From Mustelus asterias (lineage: Eukaryota), in NCBI RefSeq assembly GCF_964213995.1, contig NC_135811.1:89466001-89530000 (forward strand): 64,000 nucleotides of DNA, given 5' to 3'. The translations under genes were made by a program, and so were the position numbers. Of the stretch, positions 1-11,300 are shown in pieces; within the stretch, counting starts at the first letter, position 1, and every line of letters begins with the position of its first letter. The notes under the pieces were generated by a model that had not been told where the DNA came from, made no database searches, and saw nothing but the letters and a program-made list of their open reading frames with translations.

Positions 1-2086
1 CAGTTCTGTGTAGTAGGGATGATGAATCGCTGGCCTGCAGTGTTAGTCCGTCCAGTGTGGTCAGTTCATCTCTGGCGAAGAATGTGTAGAGCTCCTGGGG
101 AACTTCCTCGAGGATTCTGGTCAGCCCCTCATGATGACATCATACAGTTGCCTGAATGTGATGTCCGCCTGTAACATCTGTTTGAGTTCCTGAATTTGCC
201 AAGAGGCCAGCACCTCTATTGCCATAATATCTATGTTTTCCTCACAATCTGAATGGTCTGTGTGGGTAAGAAGGCTTTGGAGAGGGCATCAGCCAAAACA
301 GTGCTGTATACAATGCTGAGGTTGTAGCATTGAAAATTTAACATCATGCGTTGCAGCCGTGCAGACATGGTGCGGAGGAGCTTCTTTAAGATAAAGAGTG
401 GCTGGTGATCTGTTTAAACATTTGCAGGCCGACCATATTTGAAGTCATGAAATTTCTGATAGGCGAAGACTTGAGCAAGAAGTTCCTTTTCGGTCTGTGC
501 ATAATGAGTCTCAGTATCAGTGAAGGCCCTTGAAGCAAAGGCTATTAGTCTGCTATTCTGGGTGCAAACTGTGCCATGTCCATGCTGGGAGGCGTCTGTT
601 CATATGAGTACCAGTGCCAGAACGTCAAAGTATTATAATACTGGTGAGGTTATGAGCGCTTGTTTGAGTCTGTTGAAGACTGCTGTGTGATGCTTTTGCC
701 AGCACCATTCGATGTCCTGGTGGAGAAGTTGCTGTAGAGGTCCTGTGACCTCACTATAACATGGGATAAACTTAGAAAGATAATTTGTCATGCCAGGAAA
801 GTGCTGCAAAGCGTTCTTGTGCATTGGAATCGCCATCTGTTGTATAGTCATTGTCTTGTCTGGATTGGGCTTTACACCATCAGCTGTGAGTAAATAGCCC
901 GCGTCAGGAACCTGGTTGACCCTGAATCTGCATTTCGCAGGGTTAAGCTTTAATTGGATGATCCTGGCTCAGTCAAAAAGACAGCAGATGTGCATCATGT
1001 TCTTGCATAGTACGACCCCAAACAAGGATGTCATCAACAATAATCTGGCACGGTTGCAAAGAGTTGTACCATGCACTGCTGCAAAATCTCTGCCAGTGGA
1101 GAACCCATAGGACATACGAAGAAAACAGTATCTGCCTACCAGAGACATGAATGTGGTTAGTTTCGAGGATTCTTCATCTGATGGAATCTGCCAGAACTCT
1201 CATTTCACATTGGAGAATGCTGAACACCTTGCATTTTGTGTCTGCTCTGATCCATTCCATTGTCTTTATCAGGTAATGTGGTCTGAGCAGTGCTTTGTTG
1301 AAGTGCACTGGGTCAACACACATCCTGACCATACAGTCTTTTTTAACTGTGGCCACCATTGTGAAACCCATTCTGTGGCCTTGTCTATAGGAGTTATAGC
1401 ACCGAGTGCTGTCATCTGGTGCAGCTCATTAACAATTTCCTGCTTCCTGGCTTCTGGTACTCTTCTCGGAGCCGTTTGGTGGCACTGAATCATTTAGTCT
1501 CATGTGGTATACAATTGGTAGCTTACGAATGAAGAGATCTCTATATGCTTTAATCCCTGGGGTTTGGGGTTGTAGAGTATGCACCTCTGGACCAAATTGA
1601 ATGAGCCCCAATGCAGCGCTGTCCCACAGCCTAAGTCGTGGATTTACATTCTAGTCAGCTATATGGAACTTGAAATTTCCCTGTGTGCAATAGAGGTTTG
1701 CTATACCTTCAGTGCAGATTGTCTGTCCATCATAAGCCATGACTGCGTCTGAGTGTTGGGATCTGTTGGTGTATACAGGCCTATTTCCCATAGCCTTTGG
1801 CTGGATAGGATGTTATCATTTGCTCCAGTATCAATCTTGACTATAAGTCTGGCATTGCTGCTGATGATGTTGAGAGTGGTGAAGATCTCATCCTTTTCTG
1901 AGATGATGCCAACACTCTCAATAGTGTTGTTGGAGGTTCAGTAGCTTCACTGCTTTGGTTGTACACCAATTCACTTACCGTGCTGATGCTCCTTCCCCTG
2001 GAGGATTGAACAGCAGCTATGTTGCTGAATCTGCAGCACTTAGCAAAGTAGTTTCCCACAATTGTTGCATCTTGTACCAAATGCAA

Positions 2087-2365
2087 CAGTTAGCACTGCT
2101 GCCTCACCGCGCCAGGGACCTGGGTTCAATTCCCGGCTTGGGTCACTGTCTGTGCGGAGTCTGCACGTTCTCCCTGTGTCTGTGTGGGTTTGCTTCGGGT
2201 GCTCCGGTTTCCTTCCACAATCCGAAAGACGTGCTAATTAGGTGTATTGGCCATGCTAAATTCTCCCTCAGTGTACCCGAACAGGTGCCGGATTAGGGGA
2301 TTTTTTCACAGTAATGTCATTGCAGTGTTAATGTAAACCTACTTGTGACACTAATGAATAAACTT
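2087..2365 (+). mobile_element. V-SINE (HE1-like), Rex/Babar-like tail type, nested in Gypsy gag
   Basis: B box GGTTCAATTCC, V-domain core 'ctgtctgtgcggagtctgcacgttctccc..gggtgctccggtttcc', tail 'tcattgcagtgttaatgtaaacctacttgtgacactaatgaataaactt'. Confidence 0.85.
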
Positions 2366-2630
2366 AAAAAGAAGCAGTTCTGTTTGATGGGTGCTGTCTG
2401 CTGCAGTTAGAGCAGGGCGGCGGCCCTGTACTGCGAATACTTTGATTTCCCATCTGAAACACTTGCTTTTTTCTCTGTTGTTTAACAAACAATTATTGAT
2501 GGCTACTTGCAACATTAAGGCTTTCTCTTGCAGCAGCTGTTTGTGGACTAAATCACTATATGTTCCACAAACTACCCGATCCCCGATTAAGTCTTCACTG
2601 AGAGTTCCAAACATTGTTTTTTTGCAAATA

Positions 2631-3317
2631 TTTGATTTGATTTGTTATTGTCACATGTATTAACATAGTGAAAAGTATTGTTTCTTGCGCTATACAGACA
2701 AAACATACTGTTCATAGAGAAGGAAACGAGAGAGTGCAGAATGTAGTGTTACAGTCATAGCTAGGGTGTCGAAAAAGATCAACTTAATGCAAGGTAAGTC
2801 CATTCAAAAGTCTTGACAGCAGCAGGGAAGAAACTGTTCTTGAGTCGGTTGGTACGTGATCTCAGACTTTTGTATCTTTTTCCTGAAGGAAGAAGGTGGA
2901 AGAGGGAATGTCTGGGGAGCATGGGGTCCAGCTGCTTTGCCGAGGCAGCGGGAAGTGTAGACAGAGTCAGTGGATGGGAGGCTGGTTTGCGTGATGGATT
3001 GGGCTACATTCAGGACCTTTTGTAGTTCCTTGCGGTCTTGGGCAGAGCAGGAGCCATACCAAGCTGTGATACAAACAGAAAGAATGCTTTCTATAATGCA
3101 TCTGTAAAAGTTGGTGAGAGTCATAGCTGACATGCCAAATTTCCTTAGTCTTCTGAGAAAGTAGAGGTATTGGTGGGCTTTCTTAACTATAAGGTCAGCA
3201 TGGGGGATGTTGTTGGTGATCTGGACACCTAAAAACTTGAAGCTCTTGACGCTTTCTACTTCGTCCCCATTGATGTAGACAGGGTCATTTTCTCCTTTAC
3301 GCTTCCTGAAGTCGATG
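2631..3317 (-). mobile_element. Rex1/Babar LINE 3' fragment nested in Gypsy gag
   Basis: ORF 2804-3133 'LTNFYRCIIESILSVCITAWYGSCSAQDRKELQKV' matches the Rex1/Babar RT C-terminal (DUF1891-type) motif; 3' end 'tacatgtgacaataacaaatcaaatcaaa'; sister copy at 35961-36384. Confidence 0.85.
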
Positions 3318-3508
3318 GGTGACTATTTTTAGGGTGACCATGCAACATTGTATTGACTCATCTGCTCCTTGGTTTGTTGAATTGAAAGCATGTCTATCGA
3401 GGATTATATTTTTTTTACCAGGAGACAGGTGTTCTTGAACCTTTTCAGGATTATCTCATGTCTTTTTCCTTCTCTGCCTGGAAAACCGACTTGAAGTTTT
3501 CGACAGCC

Positions 3509-3527
3509 GGGGGGGGGGGGGGGGGGG
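3509..3527 (+). repeat. (G)19 homopolymer
   Basis: Direct read of 19 consecutive G inside Gypsy gag. Confidence 0.9.
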
Positions 3528-3678
3528 CTGTGATGTTTAATAGGCCTGTACCTTTCTCGACTTGTCAGACAATACAGTATTTCAGTAAATGTGCCGCTCC
3601 TGGAACTTTTCCCAACCATCTGCAATATTTTCATCAAAGACAAGTGGGTCGATACTGCGAAGTCCTTGTGCCATAGTG

Positions 3679-3694
3679 CCAACTCCTGTCAGCA
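3679..3694 (-). promoter_or_regulatory. Degenerate primer-binding site (tRNA-Leu type)
   Basis: Minus strand TGCTGACAGGAGTTGG directly after the LTR end (...TTTACA); 13/16 match to TGGTGTCAGGAGTGGG, the complement of the vertebrate tRNA-Leu(CAG) 3' end. Confidence 0.65.
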
Positions 3695-3890
3695 TGTAAA
3701 TGTTGTGGGTTCCCTGAATAACTGACAACAAGGACTTTCAACAAGGCAGTTTATTCACTAGCTCTGCAGCTACTTCAACATTTATGCACTGCGTGCGCTC
3801 CCAGGGATGACTCCTGCGTTCCCACTACGTGACCTCTTTTGTAGCCGCATCAGCACGTTCTTCAGCATCACTAATGTACAGCAAATGTAC
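3695..3890 (-). repeat. 5' LTR of the Gypsy element (outer boundary uncertain)
   Basis: Ends in ACA next to the PBS, contains AATAAA on minus (tttatt ~3750), candidate TGT starts near 3880-3908. Confidence 0.6.
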
Positions 3891-3917
3891 ATGACCATTT
3901 GCTGTACATTAGTGATG
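3866..3917. repeat. Perfect 22-bp inverted repeat with 8-nt spacer
   Basis: catcactaatgtacagcaaatg (3866-3887) / tacatgac / catttgctgtacattagtgatg (3896-3917). Confidence 0.95.
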
Positions 3918-3919
3918 AG

Positions 3920-4360
3920 TCTTACTATTTTTAATAAAGAACTTCACTGAAAATTAACCTCATGTCGAGTTGCATTCCCTCAGTTGTTATTTATTGGTAA
4001 TTTAAAACTAAGATTTTAAAAATCTTTCTGTCTCTCTTTTCTCCTTTTGCCCCATCTTCCTTTTCCACTTGTTATTTTGCCCTCTAAACTATTCCATGTT
4101 AAATTAACAATTCCATCCTACACTTTCTGGTTCAGAGTATGCAATTGTCCGTAATGATTCTTCAGTTTGATTGGGTAAGAAGAAGCAAAGTTGCTCGTCC
4201 GACTCACAAAGGTCTCAAATTTTCTGTAGAATGTGCTGCATGAAAATGGCTCACTAATCACAGCAAATTTCAGTGCAAAAGCATGTAAAAAGTCTGGAAG
4301 TAAGTCTAATGAACAGTAGACAGTCTTTGTTTGCCACTGATTGCAAAATTTGGATCAATG
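3920..4360. mobile_element. Old MITE-like repeat fragment related to 29640-30309
   Basis: Shares motifs with 29640-30309 ('cactttctggtt', 'gattctt', terminal 'gcaaaatttggatc'). Confidence 0.45.
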
Positions 4361-6034
4361 TGTCTTTATGTGGTTTTGTGTCAAATCGTGTTTGATAGTG
4401 ACTCATACATTTGAGATGTTTTTGCTATGTTACAAGTGCTATATAAATGCAAATTGTTATACAAGAGACAAAGCATAGAGAGACGAGAATTAAGAGGAGA
4501 GTATGCAGTGTTGGAGCTGGAAGGGGAGCTTAGTGACTGGGCTTTTGAGAAGTCTGAATTGTTTTTCTCCACAGAACATGGATCATCCTATATAGTTAGC
4601 TTGTTTTATATGACCAATCAATATGGTAAATGTTGTGCCAGAAAGGAAAGTATCTGTGTTCTTGAGTTCCTTTCACTCAGTAAATTGTGCAACAATATTG
4701 ATTTACCTTCTCTTTCTGCAATAAATCAATATCAAAACTGATTTGAGTAGCCTATTTTAAAATAGCGTGCAGTGGAACTTTTGTATAAAGTACAGTATAA
4801 TAGACTTGTCAGGAATGTCCACTAATGAGAAATTCTCAAACTTTACAATTTTTTGGTTGTAGATTACACAGGAGACTATTATTCCCAATTCATTTTAGAT
4901 TTGAAATAGCGGATTATTTAAAAAAAAAATGTCAATTTATTTTCAGGATTACTAAAACAACTAATGAATTAATTAAACATAGTTGAAGTCAATTCAAGTT
5001 TGGGACACTTGAAAACACTAAAGTGTAAGTTTCAGCACTGTTGAACATGAGAGTTTGAAATCTGGATTATTGACATTTACTACCTCCATAGAAAAGGTGT
5101 GAAGGATAAATTTGTATCTGTAAAACCATCTAAACCTACATTTAACATCCTGCAGGACTTTCAGGTAAATGTAGCAGAAGTACTTGATAGTTAACTGGAC
5201 TTCAGAATCACAAAACCTCCTGGATTTGGTAGCATGTGTTTGGGTATTGAAAGGATGACAAAGGAAATTGCAGGCTGTTGAGGGATACTCATGTGGTTCC
5301 ACAGGATTAAAATCAAAGCCCTTGAAATCGGTGTTAAAATCAATCCATTTGCTGCACAATTGTGTTGGCTTCATATAGAATGAAAAATTGGAATTAATAT
5401 CGATGCTGACTGCTTGAGTTTGTCACTTTACACCAAAAGAACCAGACCAGAACAGAAAAGTACAAGGGCAGTGTGTAGAGGAAGAACGTAGGAAATTTGT
5501 ATACAACATAAACCCTTTAAGAATGACCTGAAGTTTTTATTTTACGTGCAGGTATATATGTATATTTATTTAGTTCTATGAAATGGAATGCAGCTGACTA
5601 GGTATCTCTGCCTGTCAGCTCAGATTACAGATTTTAGATCAAAATGTCGTCCTGTTGGAGGTGACATTTGTATGTGCAGCAATACACTGTTCTAAAGGTA
5701 ACCTTGGCAATACCTGTCAGGTGGAACTGTCCATTCTGGAAAGGTGGATTTATTTTACGTGCTAATATGCAAAGTTGAGGTTTGGCCAGTTTGTGCGGCC
5801 TGAGCCCTGAGACTTTACAGTCTCGGACATGCTCCCAAATATCACCTATTTACCATACTTCAGACCTTTATGGATGTCTCCCATTGTATTATTGGAAATT
5901 ATAACCTTTCACTATTCTTACTGCCTGTAAATATAGTAGTGCCCAGATTTTGCAATTTGATAGGAAAGGGGGTGCAGTAACAGTTGAACAGTGTTTTTTA
6001 TAATTTACTGTCTATAACATTGGTGAATCACAGA

Positions 6035-6392
6035 GGGGGAGATAGTAGCATAATTGTATGTCTCCGGACGAGTAATCCAGAGGCTAATGCTCTGCGCACA
6101 TGGATTCAAATCCCACCATGACATCTGGAGGAATTTAAATTTAATTAATAAAATCTGGAATTGAAAACTCGTCTCAGTTATGGTGACCATGAGCCAATAT
6201 TTGATTGTCATAAAACCCATCTGGTTCACTAATGTCCATTAGGAAAGGAAATTTGCTGTCCTTACCTGTTCTGGCCCACATATGACTCCAGACACACAGG
6301 AATATGGTTAACGCTTAACTACCCTCTGAAACGGCCAAGCAAACCACTCAGTTCAAGGGCAAGATCCATCCACATCCTATGAAAGAATAAAA
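6035..6392 (+). mobile_element. tRNA-derived SINE whose tail matches the second LINE family (family B)
   Basis: B-box-like GGATTCAAATCC; tail 'ttcaagggcaa...ccacatcctatgaaagaataaaa' like LINE ends at 8327-8424 and 16030-16090; partial copies at 47105-47197, 51682-51828 and 61150-61245. Confidence 0.75.
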
Positions 6393-6816
6393 CACCAATA
6401 TTGGGATATTTGAATGGGCTTCAACTAAAGGTTTTTCAAATCAAAATTTGCTTGTGTGGAATGCAACCATCATTTGAATCTGATGAAAGGAATAAAAACA
6501 CTCACCAAGCTATTCATATTTATAATGTACGTTTTTTATTTGGGGCCTTCATTCATTTTTTTACTGACATTGTCAGGCAAAATGGACATGAGCGAACTCA
6601 ATATTCTTTGAGATGACAGAAATATTAGTCGGACACATCTGCTGTCTATTTAGGAAACTATGAGTTGCTGCTCACTGGGAAATTCCAAGCTCTATATTCA
6701 TTATATTATTCATCATCTTTTTAAGCATTTTGCAGATATATTTTATGCTCAATAAAATAGGGGACACAGATTTGAGATTTTGGGTAAGAGAAATAGAGAA
6801 ATGTGAGGAGCATCAT

Positions 6817-7211
6817 GGGGTGCATGGTAGCACAGTGGTTGGCACTTCTACCTCATAGTGCCAGGGACCTGGGTTCATTTCCAGTCTCAGGTGACTGTGT
6901 GGAGTTTTCTCGATGTGGAGATGCCGGCGTTGGACTGGGGTAAACACAGTAAGAAGTTTAACCTGGTGTTGTTAAACTTCTTATGGAGTTTTCTCCCCAT
7001 GTCTATGCGGGTTTCCTCCAGGTGTTCCGGTTCCCTCCTACGCTCCAAAGATGTGTAAGGTAGGTTGATTGGCCATGCTAAATTGCCCTTTAGTGTCGGG
7101 GGATTAGCAGGGTAAATACGTGGGGTTATGGGGAATAGGGCCTGGGTGGAATTGTCAGTGCAGGCTCGCTGGGTTGAATGTCCTCCTCCTGCTCTGTAAG
7201 GATTCTATGAT
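6817..7211 (+). mobile_element. V-SINE (HE1-like), CR1-type tail, interrupted by a 72-bp Penelope remnant
   Basis: A box GGTAGCACAGTGG, V core, tail 'gggttgaatgtcctcctcctgctctgtaaggattctatgat'. Confidence 0.85.
6912..6983. mobile_element. Minimal fold-back Penelope-like insertion (72 bp)
   Basis: 12-bp TSD tggagttttctc (6900-6911, 6984-6995); insert is the PLE terminal sequence seen at 23078 and 36757; inverted repeat taagaagtttaac/gttaaacttctta. Confidence 0.85.
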
Positions 7212-7214
7212 CAT

Positions 7215-7420
7215 AACCTGAAAGTCGCTGCCTACAAGCATGGTGGAAGCAGACACACATTTCAAAAGGAAATTGGATGGGCACTCAAAGGAAATAACCT
7301 TGCAGGGCTACAGGAATCAAGTGGGGAAATGGAACTGACTGGATGTCTCCACAGAGAGCCAATGTAGACTTGGTGGGTTGAATGTCCTCCTCCTGTGCTG
7401 TAAGTGACTCTGTTACAGCA
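7215..7420 (+). mobile_element. Old CR1 3' end fragment
   Basis: 'tggtggaagcaga..atttcaaaaggaaattggat..gggttgaatgtcctcctcctgtgctgtaagtgactctgt', a typical CR1 3' UTR. Confidence 0.65.
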
Positions 7421-7959
7421 TGACAGGATACAAACATTGCTTTGTATAAAACACCAAATAGTTCTAATTTAGTGCTCGAAAATAACATCAGTTTAACTTA
7501 GCAATGCAGGATATGCATCTTTAATACTATATCTACTTTAGTATTAATTCAAATTTGCACTTCCTATTTACAATGTATTTTTAAAAGTTCATATTTTGGA
7601 TCCATTTTGAGGTAGAAATGGGGGGGTGATGGTATATGAAAGAGAAATAGAGGATGTGTAGGAATTCAGAATTGCTTTTGTAATCTGAAGCAAAGAATTA
7701 GTCAGACACAGATTTTGGAGTATCTGCTTTGCTCATATAGGCTTATTTTGGACTTATTTGAAGTAGATCTGTTCTGAGATTGAAGCATGCTATGAACTAA
7801 AATTAAAAATATCTTCCAAAGAAGTGAAGGTAAATAATTTCAAATGAGGAGGTGTTGTGGAAACATTGACGATTATGGTGATCTTCTTCAGAATGAGTCT
7901 GTAGTGGAATGGAAATAGATAAGGGAGTAAGGAAACAATGAACAATGGGTAGTATATGA

Positions 7960-8325
7960 ACTATAGGACAATATTGAAAGGGTACAAAGGAAGTAAATCT
8001 TCTAGCAAGACAGTCTGAAACTTACTTTGAAGATATATCGTGGAGTTTGTTGTATAACTGTAATATTGAAATTGCAATAATTGAGAAGCAGAGAAATTAA
8101 ACATGTTAAACATATGGAACATTGGGGTTAGACCACACTTTGAGTTCTGCAAAATGTTCTCACCATATCATTATAAAAAGGATGTAGAGGCATGAGAGAA
8201 GGGACAAGAAAAGATTTGCAAGTTTGATACCAGACCTGAGAGGTTATACCTATTAGGGAAGATTGAACAAACTGGGGCTCTTTTTGTCTAGAAAAGAGAA
8301 GCTTGAGTGGTGACTTGAGAGGTCA
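7960..8325 (+). mobile_element. Old CR1 ORF2 fragment
   Basis: Degenerate 'VRPHFEFC...SPYHYKKDVEA*E' and 'LNKLGLF' motifs. Confidence 0.65.
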
Positions 8326-8326
8326 T

Positions 8327-11300
8327 TTTTTTATTATTAATTCAAGAGATGTGGACTTTGCTGACTAGGCCACCATTTATTGTCCATTGCTAATTACCCT
8401 TGAGAAGGTAGTGGTGAGCTTACTGAGAACATAGAACATAGAAAAGCTACAGCACAAACAGGCCCTTCGGCCCACAAGTTGCGCCGAACATGTCCCTACC
8501 TACTAGGTTTACCTATAACCCTCTATCTTACTAACTTCCATGAACATATCCAAAAGTCTCTTAAAAGACCCTATCGAATCCGCCTCCACCACCACTACCG
8601 GCAGCCGATTCCACGCACCCACCACCCTCTGAGTGAAAAACTTACCCCTAACACCTCCTCTGTACCTACTCCCCAGCACCCTAAACCTGTGACCTCTTGT
8701 GGCAACCATTTCAACCCTGGGTAAAAGCCTCTGAGAATCCACTCTATCAATACCCCCCAACATCTTATACACCTCTATCAGGTCACCTCTCATCCTTTGC
8801 CTCTCCAAGGAGAAAAGACCTAGCTCTCTCAACCTATCCTCATAAGGCATGCCACCTAATCCAGGCAACATCCTTGTAAATCTCCTCTGCACCCTTTCTA
8901 TGGCTTCCACATCCTTTCTGTAATGAGGCAACCAGAACTGGGCACAGTACTCCAGGTGGGGTCTGACCAGGGTCCTATACAGCTGCAGCATTATCTCCCG
9001 ATTTCTAAACTCAGTTCCTCTATTGATGAAGGCCAGTATTCCATACGCCTTCTTAACCACAGTCTCCACCTGCGACGCTGCTTTGAGTGTCCTATGAACG
9101 CGGACCCCAAGATCCTTCCGATCTTCCACATTGCCAAGCGTCTTACCCTTAATATTATATTCTTTCATCCTATTCGACCTGCCAAAATGAACCACCACAC
9201 ACTTATCTGGGTTGAAGTCCATCTGCCACTTCTCCGCCCAGTCTTGCATCTTATCTATGTCTCGTTGCAACTGCTGACATCCCTCTACACTATCCACAAC
9301 CCCACCAACCTTTGTGTCATCAGCAAACTTGCCACCCCATCCTTCCACTTCCTCATCCAGGTCATTTATAAAAATCACAAAGAGCAAGGGTCCCAGAACA
9401 GATCCACTGCTGACCGACCTCCATGCTGAAAAAGACCCATCGACAACCACTCTTTGCCTTCTGTGGACAAGCCAGTTCTGAATCCACAAAGCAATGTCCC
9501 CTTGTATCCCATGCCCCTTCACTTTCTCAATGAGCCTTGCATGGGGCACCTTATCAAACACCTTGCTGAAATCCATATAAACTACATCTACTGCTCTTCC
9601 CTCGTCTATGTGTCTAGTTACATCTTCAAAAAATTCAATTAGGCTCGTAAGGCATGATCTGTCTTGGACAAAGACGTGCTGGCTATTTCTGATCATACTA
9701 TTCCTCTCCAGGTGTTCATAAATCCTGCCTCTCAGGATCTTCTCCATCAACTTACCAACCACTGAGGTTAGACTCACTGGTCTATAATTTCCCGGGCTAT
9801 CTCTTCTCCCTTTCTTGAATAACGGAACCACATCCCCAATCCTCTAATCCTCCGGAACCTCTCCAGTCTCCATTGATGACGCAAAGATCATCGCCAGAGG
9901 CTCAGCAATCTCTTCCCTCACCTCCCACAGTAACCTGAGGTACATCCCATCCGGTCCCGGTGATTTATCTAACTTGATGCTTTTCAAAAGCTCCAACACA
10001 TCCTCTTTTCTAATGTCCACATGCTCGATCTTCTCAGTCCACTGCAAGTCTGCACTGCAACTACCAAGATCCTTTTCCACTGTGAATACTGAAGCAAAGT
10101 ATTCATTGAGTACCTCTGCCATTTCTACCGGTTCTATACAGACTTTGCCACCGTCACATTTGATAGGTCCTACTCCTTCACATCTTATCCTCTTGCTCTT
10201 AACATACTTGTAGAATGCCTTGGGATTTTCCTTTATCCTGTCTGCCAAGGCCTTCTCATGACCCCTTCTTGCTCTTCTAATTTCCCTCTTAAGTTCCTTC
10301 CTACTCGTCGTATACTCTTCTAGATTTCTAACATTACCTAGCTCCCTGAACCTTTTGTAGGCTTTTCTTTTCTTCTTGACTAAATTTGTTACAGCTTTTG
10401 TGCACCGTAGTTCCTGTGACCTACCATAACTCCCCTGTCTCATTGGAATGTTGCTGTGTAGAGCTCTAGACAAATTTTCCTTGAAAATTTGCCACATTAC
10501 TTCTTGAGTTGGTGTAGTCCATGTGGTGTAGGTACACCCATAGTGCCGTTAAGAGGGCGTTCCAGGATTTTGTCCCAATGACAATGAAGGCATAGCAATA
10601 TATTTCCAAGTCAGGATGGTGGGTGGCTTGGAGGGAAACTTCCAGGTGATGGTGTTCCATCGTATCTGCTGCACTTGTCCTTCCAGATGCTGCCTAACGA
10701 TCCTAGGAGAGTTCCTGCAGTGCATCTTATGGATGGTACACACTATTGCAACTGTGTGTCTGTGGTGGAAGAAGTAAACATTTGTGGATGGGATGCCCAG
10801 CTAGTAAGCTGCTTTGTTCTGGATGATGTCAAACTTCTTGAGTATTTTGGAGCTGCACTCGTCCCAGGCAAGGGCACACTATTCCATCACACTTTTGACT
10901 TTTGCCTTTTAGATTATGGACAGCTTTGGGGAGTCAGGAAGTTTGTTACTTGCCACAGGATTCCTAGCCTTTGAGTGACTCTTTTAGCACAGTATTTATA
11001 TGGCTGTCCAGTTGAGTTTCTGATCAATGGTAAGTCCCCAGGATGTTGACAGTGGGGGATTCAGGGATGGTAATGCCATTGAATGTTTAGGGGCAATAGT
11101 TAGGTTCTCTCTCGTTGGAGATGGTCACTTCCTAGCACTTGTGTGGCATACCTGCTATTTTTCAGCCCAAGCCTGGATATTGTTCAGGTTTTGCTGCATT
11201 TGTACGTGACCGCTTCAGTATTTGAAGAGTCACAAATAGTGCTGGACCCTGCTATCATCAGCGAACATCCCCCACCTCTGACCTTGTGATGGAAGGAAGG

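Larger units (their letters stand above)
1..3890 (-). mobile_element. Decayed Gypsy/Ty3 LTR retrotransposon (5' LTR, PBS, gag, protease, RT, RNase H; continues past the left edge)
   Basis: Minus-strand motifs in gag-PR-RT-RH order: gag 'LIGDRVVCG...KQLLQEKAL' (~2480-2610), knuckle 'GTRCNNCGK..YFAKCCR' (~2030-2080), protease 'IVKIDTGANDN' (~1812-1845), RT 'IVDDILVWG' (~1016-1041), linker 'GMTNYLSKFIP...LKQALITSPVL' (633-851), RNase H 'TDASQHG' and 'YAQTEKELLA' (~470-600). Many stops and frameshifts. Confidence 0.92.

Noticed and set aside
1955-2296. Recurring Cys-rich ORFs ('LGHCLCGVCTFS', also 17691, 22795, 38828) resembling a gene family
   Set aside because: They are translations of the V-SINE consensus.
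5018-5374. 118-aa minus-strand ORF and a possible plus-strand exon 4947-5164
   Set aside because: No recognisable motif; the plus exon has stops in all frames. A non-coding exon cannot be excluded but is unsupported.
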